This document shows, piece after piece, positions 1 to 11,780 of a stretch of 64,000 bases of DNA. Within the stretch, counting starts at the first letter, position 1. Each line of letters begins with the position of its first letter. The notes below the pieces were generated by a model. That model had not been told where the DNA came from and ran no database searches. It saw nothing but the letters and a program-made list of their open reading frames with translations. Made by a program: the position numbers and the translations under genes. The stretch is from Lama glama (taxonomy: Eukaryota). Location of the stretch: contig CM052817.1 in assembly GCA_028534125.1 (NCBI GenBank), forward strand, positions 79,486,001-79,550,000. The letters are read 5' to 3'.

Positions 1-598
1 TTGACCATAAGTCTGTGGGTTTATTTCTGGGCTCTCTATTTTGTTCTATTGATTCATATGTCTGTTTTTGTGCCAATACCATGCTGTTTTGATTACTGTA
101 GCTCTGTATTGTCTAAAGTCTGGGAGGGTTGTTCCTCTAGCTTCATTGTTTTTCTTCAGTATTGCTTTGACAATTCTGGGTCTTTTGTGATTCCATATGA
201 ATTTTATGATTATTTGTTCTGGTTCTGTGAAAAATGTCATGGGTAATTTGATAGGGGTCACATTTGATCTGTTGATTGCTTTGGGTAGTATGGCCATTTT
301 AACAATATTAATTCTTCTAATCTAAGAGTATGGGATATCTTTCCATTTCTTTAAGTTATCTTTAATTTCCTTAATCAGTGTTTTGTAGTTCTCCATGTAT
401 AAGTGTTTCACATCCTTGGTAAGATTTATTCTTAAGTATCTGTTTTGGATGCAATTTTAAAAGGGAATGTTTCTTTACTTTCTTTTCCTGATATTTCATT
501 GTTAGTGTAAAGAAATGCAACTGATTTTTGTATGTTAATCTTGTATCCTATACCTTGCCAAATTCTTTTTTGTCAGCTCTAGTAGTTTTTGTATGGAG
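1..598 (-). mobile_element. LINE-1 ORF2 fragment, 5'-truncated at ~598, runs off the window start
   Basis: Minus-strand ORF 46-297 ([10 protein letters not shown]...[22 protein letters not shown]) is typical L1 ORF2p; very similar to the L1 at 25250-26480. Confidence 0.93.
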
Positions 599-599
599 T

Positions 600-3500
600 A
601 AAGCCCAAATTTCTTATGTTTCCTGAACTAAGGCCAATTTGTGAGCCATAATTAAAGCACTTCCTAAAGTAACTGAAGACTCCCTTAGGTTTGCTGAAAG
701 CCTTTAATATAGTTATTTAAACCTACTAACCTGGTTTCTCAGATTTATATCACTTGGTGCACATGCTTGTTGGTGAAGGTTAAGCCAAACATTGGGTGAA
801 ACTAGCCCTGTGGGAACATCCTGGAGGGGATTAGAAAAGCAAACCCCTACTGAAAACCTCACCAATCAAGTACAGTAGCCTTTCCTAAGCCTGTTATGGG
901 AACAAAATTCAGGCTTGCACACAAAATTCTGATGAAACTGTCCATGATTATTGTAATCAACTTCAGATTATCTTTAAAGAAAATTCTGGTCTTCCTTCAG
1001 TGGTTGGTTCCACTAGGGTAGCTTTTAACTCCATATTTATTAACAGGGTGAAGTGGGATGTTTCTCTTTTAGTTAAAAGGACCAGGATGAATAGGAAACT
1101 ATGTCCACTCCAGATTTAGTTAATTTGGCAAATCAGGTCACTCACACCTTAGCTGAGTCACCAAAAAGAAAGACTACTAAAATTCTTAATTTTCAGCTTG
1201 GTAATTGAAGGTCCCTAAATAAAACCCCAAACCTTCTAGTTTCTGCTTGTTGCAAAGAGCCAGGACATTGGAAAAAACATTGTTACAAATTTAAGTGTTC
1301 CATGCCCTCTAACTAGCCTTTGCAATGTTCTCTTAATTCCCAATGAGAGTGCCCTAAGGAACTACAGGGGCTCTACCCAATCCTCCCTGTTAATCATCTC
1401 AGAGAAATAACTCTCCATATTAGGAATGAGTTTCTCTCTGTCCTAACTGACACCAGAGCCACACTCTTGGTGCTCAACCCCACTGCTATAAAACAGCCCC
1501 TGCCTTGGAGTATTAAAAGAGTTCAAATAGTGGGGGGGGGGGTCTCTAATAAAACTCAGCTGGTTCTTGTCTCTGACTCTATTCCCTTTCATTTAGTCCA
1601 TTTGACAATAGCCATCAAAATAGCCAACCAGGTGGATTAAACAACACTCACATCTTTTAATTGCTCTGTCTTTGATGGTGCTGGAGCTGATTCCGGAAAC
1701 ACGGATCATTTGTTCCTGTTGAATCAGCTATCAATCTCCTTATGGGCAAAATCTCAAACTGATGTTGGCAAAAGTCACAGTGCACCTCCCATCAAGATTC
1801 AAGTCAATCCCTCAAAATCTCTTCCCAGAATTAATCAATATCCTATAAATAAAGACGCCCTTTGAGATATAAGGCCCATAATAGAAAGTGTCGAGGCTCA
1901 GGGCCTCATCGTGCACTAGTTCCTGTAATACTCCTATTTTACCTGTGGTAAAACCCAAGGGTGGAGGATGGAACTTTGTCCAGGACCTCCAAGGAATAAA
2001 CAACACTGTTATCCCTTAGTGCCCAGTTGTTGCTAACCTCCACATGCCGCTGACATCCATTCCCCACTGGAAGCAAATTTTTCACTGTAATTGATCTATG
2101 CAGTACATTTTCAGTATTCCACTTGATAAGGCTGACCAGTGTCTTTTGCCTTCACCTGGGAAGGCGACAGTATATGTGGACAGTAATGCCCCAGGGCTTC
2201 ACAGAAAGCCCATCACAAATCTTGAGAGCTGATTTGGATGTAAAAAGTTTTCTGTAGGTTCAACTTTGTTACAATATGTAGATGATTTGCTTCTATGCCC
2301 TTCTTCTCAAACCTCCTCACAGGAAGACATTCATCTACCTGCTAAAACTTGTGGCCCTAAAGGGACATTAAAGTCTCCAAAGAAAAACGGCAGTTTGCTC
2401 AAACTCAGGTGCACTAGTTCTGATCTCAGAACAAGGATTATATTTGGATCCAGGTAGGCTTCATGGCCTCCTGAACTTCCCCAAACCAAAACTAAGTGCT
2501 GATTATGAGATTTTTACTTGGGCTAACTGGCTACTGTTGAAATTGGATTTCACATTTCTCTCTTATGGCTCAGCCCCTATATGCTTTATTAAAAACCAGC
2601 AAACCTGACCCCATTAATTTGGGAGATCAAGATGACATAGCTTTTGAAGCCTTAAAGAAAAGCTTCATGAAGCCACTTTTCCTTGGACATCCTAATTAGC
2701 AGCTTCCCTTTATACTTTTTGTATACGAGAAGGCAAGGAAAGCCCTTGAGGCCCATGGGGACCATCATTCACCCATCGGGCCGACAACTGAACCCTGTGG
2801 CCCGGGGACATTCGTCTTTCCTCAGAGCCATTCCTGCCATTGCCCTTCTGGTAAAGGCCACTGAAGAGATAATCATGGGATCCCCTTTAACCATCTTTAT
2901 ACCCCATGCAGTAGAAGTCCTTCTAAATTTTTGTCACACTTAATACTTTCAGTCCATCACCTTACCTCTTATGAAATCCTTTTGCTAACTTCTCCTCATA
3001 CAACTCTTTCACATTGTGATAACTGCCACTCTTCTCCTTCAAGGATGGAACCCCTCATGACTACCTAACACTGACGGATCACCTTTTGACTCCCTATAGT
3101 AATTTATTTACAGGAGATTCCTCCAACCAATGCAGATTTTTCATCATGATTTTTCATGATGATTATTACCTAAAGGGAGAAAATGGTAAGTATTGTGCTT
3201 GCATGCTATTGCAGGTCCTTTTGGTATCACTGAGGCAGCACAGTTACCTATATGGTTGAATTATATGCTTTTACTCAGGCTTGTATGTTAGCCAATGTCA
3301 AGATGACAATCATTTATCCTGATAGGCAGTATGCCTTTGGAGTAGCCTATGACTTTGGGATGCTGTGGAAACAATGAGATTTCCTTACCTTTAAGGGGGA
3401 AAATATTAAAAATGGCTCTTATAACCAAAATCTGTTAGATGCCATAAACTTACCAGATGCCTTGGCTATTATTAGGATCTCTGGACATTCCAAGCTTGAA

Positions 3501-4550
3501 TCCCTAGAGGCTAAAGGAAACCACCTCACTGATATTTCCACCAAAAACACTGCTGTCAAAGAAACCAATGGCCAAACCGCTTTCATGGTCCAAAGGGATG
3601 CGCCCTAAAATAACAATCTAGAAAAATTGATAGAAATGCCTCACAACTGGCCCCATAAAAGGAAAAGTATATTGGAGATCTAGTAACTGTTGGTTTGATA
3701 AAAAGAGAACTCTGGTTCAGGCCAAATAACAAATTGGTCCTACTAGGAATTCTAAGATTTCCACTTCTTACCACTGTACATGCATTGAACCATTGGTCCA
3801 CTGACAGAATGATAGCATTCATAAACCAGTAGTGGTGGGAAAATATTAATAAGGCTGCAAAAGTGTCTGCTTTTCTTGTCCCACGTGGCCAGAATATAAC
3901 CCGGAGACACCTGTTCATACTTCTCCCTGACACTGTAAACTGCCTAATGTACCATTTGAAGTTTGGCAGATGAATTTCATACAGCTGCCCCATCTCATGG
4001 ACATAAATATGTTTCAGTCATGGTGTGTATGTTTTCTCACTGGGCAGAGGCTTTCCCCTGGAGGCAGGTCACAGCTTCTTCAGTGGTGAAAACTTTGTTA
4101 GAAAAGATTATCCCTACCTGGGGAACACCTTCCAAACTTCATAGTGATTGAGGAACCCATTTTGCTTGTCAGCTACTTTGACAAGTCTGTGCTGTTTGGC
4201 CAGTTTTGCAACATTTTCACTGTGCTTACCGTCTCCAATCCGTAGGGTTAGTCTAATATACTAACTGTATTAATAAGACCCAATTGGCAAAACTTGTAGA
4301 GATCCACCAAATACTCTCCTTCGAAATCTCAGGTTTATGCCTTCAGAACTTGTAAATTCTAACCCTTTGAGATAGTCACTGGACACCCAATGCACCTGAC
4401 CTTTGTCTCTTTTAATCTGCAGCTGATTAAAGGAGATATATGTCAACATTGTAAAGGCCTAATTGCTTCTTTTGAAAATAACCATGCTCTGGTAGAGCAA
4501 CCTTTTTACAATGTGCTCTTTGGAGAGGAAGACCTTAAGCATCAAGTCTA
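600..4550 (+). mobile_element. Decayed class I (gamma/epsilon-like) endogenous retrovirus internal region, gag-pro-pol; no LTR or env seen
   Basis: Gag zinc-knuckle remnant C..CKEPGHWKKHC (1244-1283, frameshifted); protease DTRATLLVL (1449, from DTGA); RT motifs FVQDLQGIN, WTVMPQGFTESP (ATG 2186) and YVDD (2275-2286); RNase H IYPDRQYAFGVAYDFGMLWKQ (~3313-3375); integrase FSHWAEAFP...IIPTWGTPSKLHSD*GTHF (~4030-4165). Many stops and frameshifts. Confidence 0.9.
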
Positions 4551-5037
4551 CCTTGATTATTTCTGCATATCTAGGGCCTAGTCCAGTGTCTGGCATACCA
4601 GATATGAAATATTTCTTCACTGAAGTGAAGAAAAATAGAGACATGAAAAACCAAAATAAAGAAGACTTTGAAATAATTCTTCACGTTGTGACCTGAGGAA
4701 CTGAGAGATGGTGATGGGTGGTTAATAGACTGCAGATAGGCTGTAGCTACAAAGGCAATAGGAAGAGTTGATTAGAGAAATCAGTTGATTAGAGAGATCA
4801 GCTAAGAGAGGAGGGAAAAACCTCCCACCCTTCAGCCTTCTCCAGAACACACGCAAAATCAAGAGATAACTTACAAAAATTTTTCAAACTTTATACTTAA
4901 AAAAATGCTAAGATAAGTGAACAGGAAAACAAAATACAAAATAAGGATAGCAAAAATTTTAGAATAAGGTATGTGGAGTGCGTAATTCAAAAGAGTGAAA
5001 ATGAGACTAGTTCTAGGAAAAGATCAAATTTGTCAAG

Positions 5038-5260
5038 TGTTACGGGCTGAACTGTGTCCCCTCAAAATTCACGTGTTGACGTCTTCACCCGCAGTACTCA
5101 GAATGTGGCTGTATTTGAGACAGGGCTTTAAAAAGGCAATTAAGTTAAAATGAGGTCACTATTAGTGGAAGAGGAGATAAGCACAAAGAGAGACATCAGG
5201 GTCCTGCTTATGCAGAGAAAGGACCACATGAGGACACAGTGAGAAGAAGGTGGCCATCTC
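5038..5260 (+). mobile_element. MLT1 (ERVL-MaLR) solo LTR, partial
   Basis: Starts TGTTACGGGCTGAACTGTGTCCCCTCAAAATTCA...GAATGTGGCTGTATTTG...AAAATGAGGTCA, the MLT1A/B-type 5' end. Confidence 0.8.
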
Positions 5261-5589
5261 ATGTATGCATATGTATACATGTTATTTTACAGAATGTACC
5301 ATTGACTGGAACTTTTAACTTTTGCCCTATTTAGTCTTTCGACCAATATGTTTTGAAAATCAATTTATTGGTTTTGTTTTATTTACTTATTGATTACTTT
5401 TCACATGTACACATATTTTTTGCTCTTCATCTTCTTTATAATATACATTGTAGATTAGCTCATACCAGTGCATTTAGAGCTATCACATTTTTAAAATTAC
5501 TTTACAGATGTTTTTTGGCTAGTCTTCTAGAACTGCATATTTTTAGGATGTTAATCTTTCACTTTTATAAACAACGTAGTGATGGAAAG

Positions 5590-5990
5590 CTTGTACATTT
5601 TGCTCATGTGTGAAGCTGTCTGTATGATTCATTTCTAGAAGCGGAATTGCTGGGTCAAAAATTACAACACTTAAAGTTTTAAAAAGATATTGCTGTGTTG
5701 TTCTCCATTGAGGCTAAATTAATTCATATGCCCACTGTCAAGGTAAGAGAGTGTCTGTTTCTTCAAATCCTTTCTAATATTGAATTATCAATTTTTGAGC
5801 TTTTTCTATTGAAAAATAAATGAAATGGTACCTCAACTGTAGCTTTAACTAGCCTATATCATTTTATGATAATGAGGACTGTCTTTTCTGGTGTTTTAGG
5901 TCAAAGTTTATTTCTTTTAATGCAAACTCTGTGTTTATGTCTTTTGCTCATCAGGCTGTTGGTTTGCTTATTGTTTGTAGGACATTATAT
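5590..5990 (-). mobile_element. Old L1M fragment
   Basis: AGAAGCGGAATTGCTGGGTCA and TTTATGTCTTTTGCTCAT motifs resemble antisense old L1 ORF2/3' sequence. Confidence 0.55.
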
Positions 5991-6595
5991 GCTATTTTAA
6001 AGTTCAAATCATTACTAGAAAACTGGCTTTTTTATTATATCAAAAGATGTACAAACTTCCTTTTTCAAAATACATGTTCAGTTCCTCTCACTTTTTTATC
6101 AGCTTTAAAGTGGGTAAAGGTGGTTTTCTTAAAATATATTTGACTCAAATATCATTGCTTGGTTTGTTCTAGCAATGGTGACTCCTGGGACACTGTGGCA
6201 TGACAGAAGCTTGAATTGTGGCCTGCATTGGCTGGGGGTAAGTGAAATGAAAGAAACTGGCAGGTTTATTGGGAAATAATATTGGAAACCATTAAAATTT
6301 TTTCTCTTTTTTTTTTGTTTTTATACACTTATTGATGTTACTAATTTTGTGCCTGCATGTGTGAGAGAGAAGGAACTTCATCTGGTATCCTGGTGTTATG
6401 AAAAGTATATAACAACTTGAGGAACACTCAGGTATGTACATAAAGAAATTGTGATTTTGAGAAATTATTAAATGAGAGTGAAATAAAAATCTGAACTAAG
6501 CATTCGAAACAACTTTAACATATTGAACTTGGTGGTATTAAATTTCTTTATGCATTAAAATACAGATAATATACTGCTTTGACATCATTGTTTTT

Positions 6596-6652
6596 TTTTA
6601 ACATTTTTTATTGATTTATAATCATTTTACAATGTTGTGTCAAATTCCAGTG
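6596..6652 (-). mobile_element. Very short 5'-truncated young L1 insertion with a 15-bp TSD
   Basis: Reverse complement matches the L1 3' terminus at ~28108-28160; flanked by GACATCATTGTTTTT at 6581-6595 and 6653-6667. Confidence 0.85.
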
Positions 6653-6751
6653 GACATCATTGTTTTTAAATTATCTGTAAAGTAGTTGTGGTTTTACATT
6701 ATTATCTGTTGTAGTACTACAATTGGAGAATTTTTTTTTTAACATGGATCT

Positions 6752-6960
6752 AGTGTGGAGTAGTGAAAAATAATGGGTATTGGAGTGAGACTCTCTTGAG
6801 TTCAGGTTCTGGTTTCACTTTCTAGCTTCAGTGACCTTGGGCAAGTTACTTAATTTTTCTAAAATTTCTCATCCACAAGTAGTATCTACACAGTGGGTTT
6901 GTATGAATTAAATGAAATAATATATATCAGGTATTAGCCAGTTGCCTGGCACTTACTATA
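6752..6960 (+). mobile_element. MIR SINE
   Basis: Core GTGACCTTGGGCAAGTTACTTAA and ATTAAATGAAATAA...TGCCTGGCAC tail. Confidence 0.8.
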
Positions 6961-7539
6961 TATTTAACTTAAAAATTTTTCTTAGTTTTTAAACTAAGTA
7001 TTTAATTAAAATATTAAGTATATGTTAAAATATACTTAATTTAGTTTTTGAAGCACATTTTATTTTACCCTAGAGTAAAATATTTTCATGATGAAAGTAT
7101 CAATGATTAGCAATCAACTAAACTTGGTTAATTTAGTGGCTATCTCTGTTGATTATTTTAAAAGAATTCCCTTTTATCTTTAAATAATCCTTTTACTATG
7201 CCTGGAATTACACCATTAGAGATTTATTCCATTCAAGCTCTTTAAACTTGAAGATATTTCTTGTTTTTAAAGTTTTTATAGAAAAATTAAATAACCCCCA
7301 AAAGGAGATGAGGAGGATAATTTCAGGTGGACCATGAAAGCCTGATTTAATCTGACTCAGAGGCTGGCCTTTGTATGGGAGCCTAGAGTAGCAAATGAGA
7401 GTAACCAAGGGGACAAAGTTGAAAGAGATATAGTTCACCTTGGCCCTGGCTTAAGGAAACAGCCCTCTGCAATGGGCCAAAGAAATGAAGACAAAGAAAA
7501 TTTCATATCTTTTCCTTCTTTAAAGCATTAGACCACAAA

Positions 7540-8330
7540 GAAAATCTATACACAATTATTCACAGTAGCTTCATTTGTAATAGCCCCAAATGGGAAACAA
7601 CCAAAATGTGCCTCAGTAGGTAAATGGTTAAATGACTGGCACATCATACCTGGAATACTACTCAGCAATAAAAAGAACAAACTACGGATCTATGCAACAA
7701 CTTGGATAGGTCTCAAAGGCATTGTGCTGAGTGAAAAAAAAATCAGTCTTTAAAGGTTACGTAGTGAATGGTTTCATTTATATGATATTCTTTAAAAGAT
7801 TTTTATACAATTTTTAAAGGTTACTTTCCATTTACAGTTATTACAAAATATTGGTTATTTTCTCTGTGTTGTAAACTATCTCCTTGAGCCTATCTTACAC
7901 CCAATAGTTTGTACCTCTCTTCCTCCTACCCTTATGTTGTGGTAAATATAAATTCTCATTTATATAATATTCTTGAAATGGTGAAATTATAGAGATGGGA
8001 GACAGATTAGCGCCTGCCAGAGCTAGGGGTAGTACAGGAAGGGGAGTAAGTGTGACTTAGGTAGGGGAAGGGGTAGCTTGAGGAGATACCTTTGTGGTGA
8101 TAGAATAGCTCTTATTTTGTTTGCAGTGATGGTTACATGACTTTACATGTGATAAAATGACATGATCTATATATACACATGCCAATGCCAACTTTCTGGT
8201 TTTCATGTTGTACTATAATCATGTAAGATTTAACCACTGGAGAAAACAAGGGAAAGGGTACACAAAACCACTCTATACTACCTTTGCAATTTCCTGTAAT
8301 TATTTCAAAGTAAAAAGTTTTTAAAAAGAA
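7540..8330 (+). mobile_element. Old L1M (L1MB/MC-type) 3' end, interrupted by a younger L1 piece
   Basis: CATTTGTAATAGCCCCAAATGGGAAACAACC, GGAATACTACTCAGCAATAAAAAGAAC, GCTGAGTGAAAAAA and an A-rich end at ~8310-8340. Confidence 0.8.
7793..7955 (-). mobile_element. Nested L1 3'-end fragment
   Basis: AAAGGTTACTTTCCATTTACAGTTATTACAAAATATTGG antisense L1 tail; flanked by a 19-bp direct repeat with 1 mismatch (7774-7792 and 7956-7974). Confidence 0.7.
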
Positions 8331-9322
8331 GCAAAAAGAAATTGGAGGGCTTCCACCATTAGTACAATTCTTATTGAAGTCTGTGAATGGAGACAGTTGC
8401 TGTTGTACCATTATTTTGGTGGCATGCTGGTGAAAAGTGATAGTAGTTGGTAGACAAGTAAAGGGAGTAAGCCTTGTCATGAAAATTAGTGAGTCAAATG
8501 AAATGTCAGAGACTACTAATCATGACAGCATTAAACACTTTTAGAATAGAAAGGCTTTTAAAAGAAATACTTCATTTTTTATGATGCTGTCTAATGCATA
8601 TCTGTAGTAACAGGGTGGCTCCTGGTCTTGGGGATGAAAGGAGGTGCAATCAGAAACTTTGAGATTCCAACCATGCACTCAGTGAATTTCACCTGCCTCT
8701 CCCCTCATTCCTCTTAACTCTTTTCCTTAGCTCCAGGGCAATTTAGTTTCAGTTTAGTTTTTGATTTGAGGAACTTGAATGACATCTTGGTAATTTCTAG
8801 TCCGGAGAACTTGTGCTCAATTTCCCTCTGGGAAAAGTTTCCTGTTTGACTGTAGCAAACGAATCTTTGTGGGGGTCCTGGAGCCTTAGTAGGGAATAAG
8901 GATTAAGAATGATTGAGATTCTTCCAGACTTTGCAAAAGACTACTGAAATTAGTTTCTCTGTGATGCAGAAATACACTCTAAAGAGTTAATCCAAATAAG
9001 GGAGGTAGGTGTGTCCTGGTGGCAGGTGGAAGTAACTAAAATAGGTGTATGCTTTTCTTTTTTGGCTTTCATCCAGTCCTTTCATCAACCACTCCTGCTT
9101 GGGCCTCCATTTCCTAATATGCAATAAAAAGTTAGTACAATAGCTCATGTATTTAACTTTTTCTGGCTTTACTTTATATTTGGCTTCACAGGTGTTCCTT
9201 TTGAGGAAAAAGTGGAACTCCCACACAAAAATGTTAGATGTGGTATTTCAGCTCAAGAAGGAAGTCAGAACTAGATTTTTAGACACTTAGAATTTAAGAG
9301 GCAGTCTACTGTAATTTATACA

Positions 9323-9600
9323 GATAAATTAGAGTTTGGGATTCACACACACACACACACACTACAATATATAAAATTGATTAAAAAACAAACAAACAAG
9401 GACCTGCTGTATAACACAGAGAACTATATTCAATATCTTGTAATAACCTGAAAAGGAAAAGTAATCTGAAAAAGAATGTATGTATCTGTATAACTGAATC
9501 ACTTAGCTGTACACCTGAAATTGACACAACACTGTAAATCAACTATACTTCAATTAAAAAATGTAAAAGAAAACAAATAATAACAAAAAACAAGACAAAA
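9323..9600 (+). mobile_element. L1 3' end (cetartiodactyl type) with an internal (CA)n microsatellite
   Basis: AACAAGGACCTGCTGTATAACACAGAGAACTATATTCAATATCTTGTAATAACC...CAACACTGTAAATCAACTATACTTCAATTAAAAAA; CA repeat at ~9344-9362. Confidence 0.85.
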
Positions 9601-9609
9601 CCAAACCAG

Positions 9610-9830
9610 TAATGCTTAAGCGTATGAACTTTGGAGTCACACATTGCTTGGGTTCAAACCCTAGCTCTACAGTTTGGCAAGTTATTTAACCACTCTGTAC
9701 CTTAGTTTTTCAGTTGTGAAATGGAAGTAAACGGGAGTATTTACCTCACAAGGTTTTGGGAGGATTAAATGCGTCAATAAAGATAAAGTGCTTAGAACAG
9801 TGCCCGGCTCATGCTTGACACTGTATTAGC
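9610..9830 (+). mobile_element. MIR SINE
   Basis: TTGGAGTCAC...GGGTTCAAACCCTAGCTCT...GGCAAGTTATTTAACC...GAGGATTAAATG...AAAGTGCTTAGAACAGTGCCCGGC. Confidence 0.85.
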
Positions 9831-10559
9831 TATTGCTAGTATATTACCGTTTGCATTTCTAGTTGTCTTACGTGCATATTACACAACTGCCCAAGCAGTC
9901 CGAAACCTTTCAGAGCTAAGACTCTTTTCCACTTTTCCTATTACAACTTGTACATAAGAAGTGTGCAAAATATCTGCAATAAGTCTGTAACTCTAGGAAG
10001 TTGTTTTCTTTGGTTCACTCGCTAATAATATGAAGAGCCTTTCTCTTTAAAAGTGGTGAGCATCAAACCACTTTTCATTAATATAACAACAACAGACTTA
10101 GTTGAGCGATTCACTGTAGCAGCATTTCACACAATCAGGCTCCTTTTATTGAGAGAGTCATAAAAATATTGCTCTCTATTCTGAGTGGATTCACTTCAAA
10201 TCATAGCACTGGTCTGATTCTCCTTTTTGTTAGTGATCTGTCCATACCCGTGCTCTTCTGTCTCCTGGCCTCAAGAAGGCCATTCATTAACATTACTTGC
10301 GTGGGTAACAAAAAGGTTTTTCAAATAACGCCCCTAACCCATACCTTGAGGTCCAGATTCAGCTCCCAGCTCGGGAGGGGGGGAAGGGGCGGGGCGACCC
10401 AACTCCTGGGCGGGGCTAGAGTGGCGTGCCTCGAGGCGCCGGCCCCGTGACGTATGACGTTTCCAGTTGACGCAGCCGCAGTGCCACCCGGCTCCAACTC
10501 GGACCCCTCCCATCCTCCTCCGCCCCTCTGCGTGTCAGTTCCTGGGGCCCCCTGGCCAG

Positions 10560-10738
10560 ACTTCGGGCGGCGGGCGGGGGTGGCGGGGCAAGAGGGTGTG
10601 GATGCGGGCAGCGCTCGGCAGGCCGTGTCCGTCTCGGCGCTGCAGCTGCCTTCGCCGCCGCCGCCGCCGCCGCTCAAGGCCCTCGGCGTCGCCGGAGAGA
10701 AATCGGAGCGGTTCTGGGCCGCCCCGGCGCTCGCCCAG
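10560..10738 (+). other. BLTP1: BLTP1 first (leader) exon; start approximate because the TSS cannot be determined
   Basis: Strong donor CAG|GTGAGG at 10738/10739 inside the CpG island, upstream of the coding exons. Confidence 0.7.
10653..10673 (+). repeat. (CGC)7 trinucleotide repeat in the leader exon
   Basis: Directly visible. Confidence 0.95.
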
Positions 10739-11559
10739 GTGAGGGGACGAGTCGGGCTGGTCAAGGATTGGGTGGGCAGCACTTTCCCCAGCATCTCTGG
10801 ACCTCGGCCTGGTCGGAGAGGTTTGGCTTCGTGGCGGCAGCCTGCTGCGGCGTCGACACATCTCTAATTCTTTTGCCATCCTTACCTGCATCGGGGCGAC
10901 TTGTACACCGGGTGTCAGAGGTCAGTGAGAAGGCCTGGAAGGGCCATGGCAGCCAGATGATTGGGGGCTCTAATGCAGGAGGAGCTGGCCCTGTGAATGA
11001 TGATCAGGTGGGTGGGCGAGGCCCACCTGCCGTTGTGTGGGAAGGACTGCACCTGCAAGCGCAGGCTTCAGCCTTGTTAGCAGCACGGGGCTGCAGGAGA
11101 TCCCATACTGCTTAACGCAGGATCGATTTTGGACCAAGGGCAGTGGAGCCTTAAAAACCTTCCCTTTGCTCCCCAGGCGTGGTGTGTTTTGCATTCTGAA
11201 TTGGTGCTTGCTGAGTCTACACTATGGAAGAGTACATTTCAGCGGAAACATCTTTTGACTAAAGGAAGGTGATGGGAAGTTGATTTTCCTTCAGCAGAAT
11301 TGTCCCCCTCCCGCCCCTCTTGCCTTTAGTTTTGACAGTAGCAACTTAGGGACGCTTGTTAAGGGGAAAGCGTTCTTGTAAATTTCCTCTGTAAGAAAAT
11401 CGTTGTTTTCCATGACTGTCCAAGAGTCTAAGTTTCAACTGGTTTCATGTTGCTGCTTTCAACTCTGTGCATAGCAGTGAGCCTGATTTATTTTAAGTTA
11501 GCTGGATACATGAAGTATAAAAATAGACGAATTAACCAGAATATTTATCTTATAGAACT

Positions 11560-11780
11560 AATGTGTGGTACATGCTTTATGTGTGTATATTATGTCATTT
11601 AATCATTATAACAATCCTATCACGTAAGGCTTATTATTACTTTTATTTTATAGGTGAGAGAACTAAATCCCACAGCCCTAAAAAACAAAACAAAACAAAA
11701 ACTTGTCTAAAGTCGGAGCTGTGATTTAGATCAGATAACTGGACTCCGGTTTACAGTCCCCTAATCAGTGTGCTTTGCCA
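11560..11780 (-). mobile_element. MIR SINE
   Basis: TCATTTAATCATTATAACAATCCTAT...ATTTTATAGGTGAGAGAACTAA antisense MIR. Confidence 0.7.

Larger units (their letters stand above)
10360..10900. promoter_or_regulatory. BLTP1: CpG-island promoter of BLTP1 with GC boxes and CRE-like sites
   Basis: The only dense CpG/GC-rich block in an AT-rich window; Sp1 boxes GGGGCGGGGC (10386-10395) and GGGCGGGGC (10408-10416); TGACG half-sites at 10448, 10455 and 10468; no obvious TATA box. Confidence 0.9.

Noticed and set aside
10321..11258. Several overlapping 90-157 aa ORFs on both strands at the CpG island
   Set aside because: Expected from stop-codon scarcity in GC-rich DNA; low-complexity G/P/R/A products with no recognisable homology. 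Only the frame tied to the exon-1 donor is discussed.
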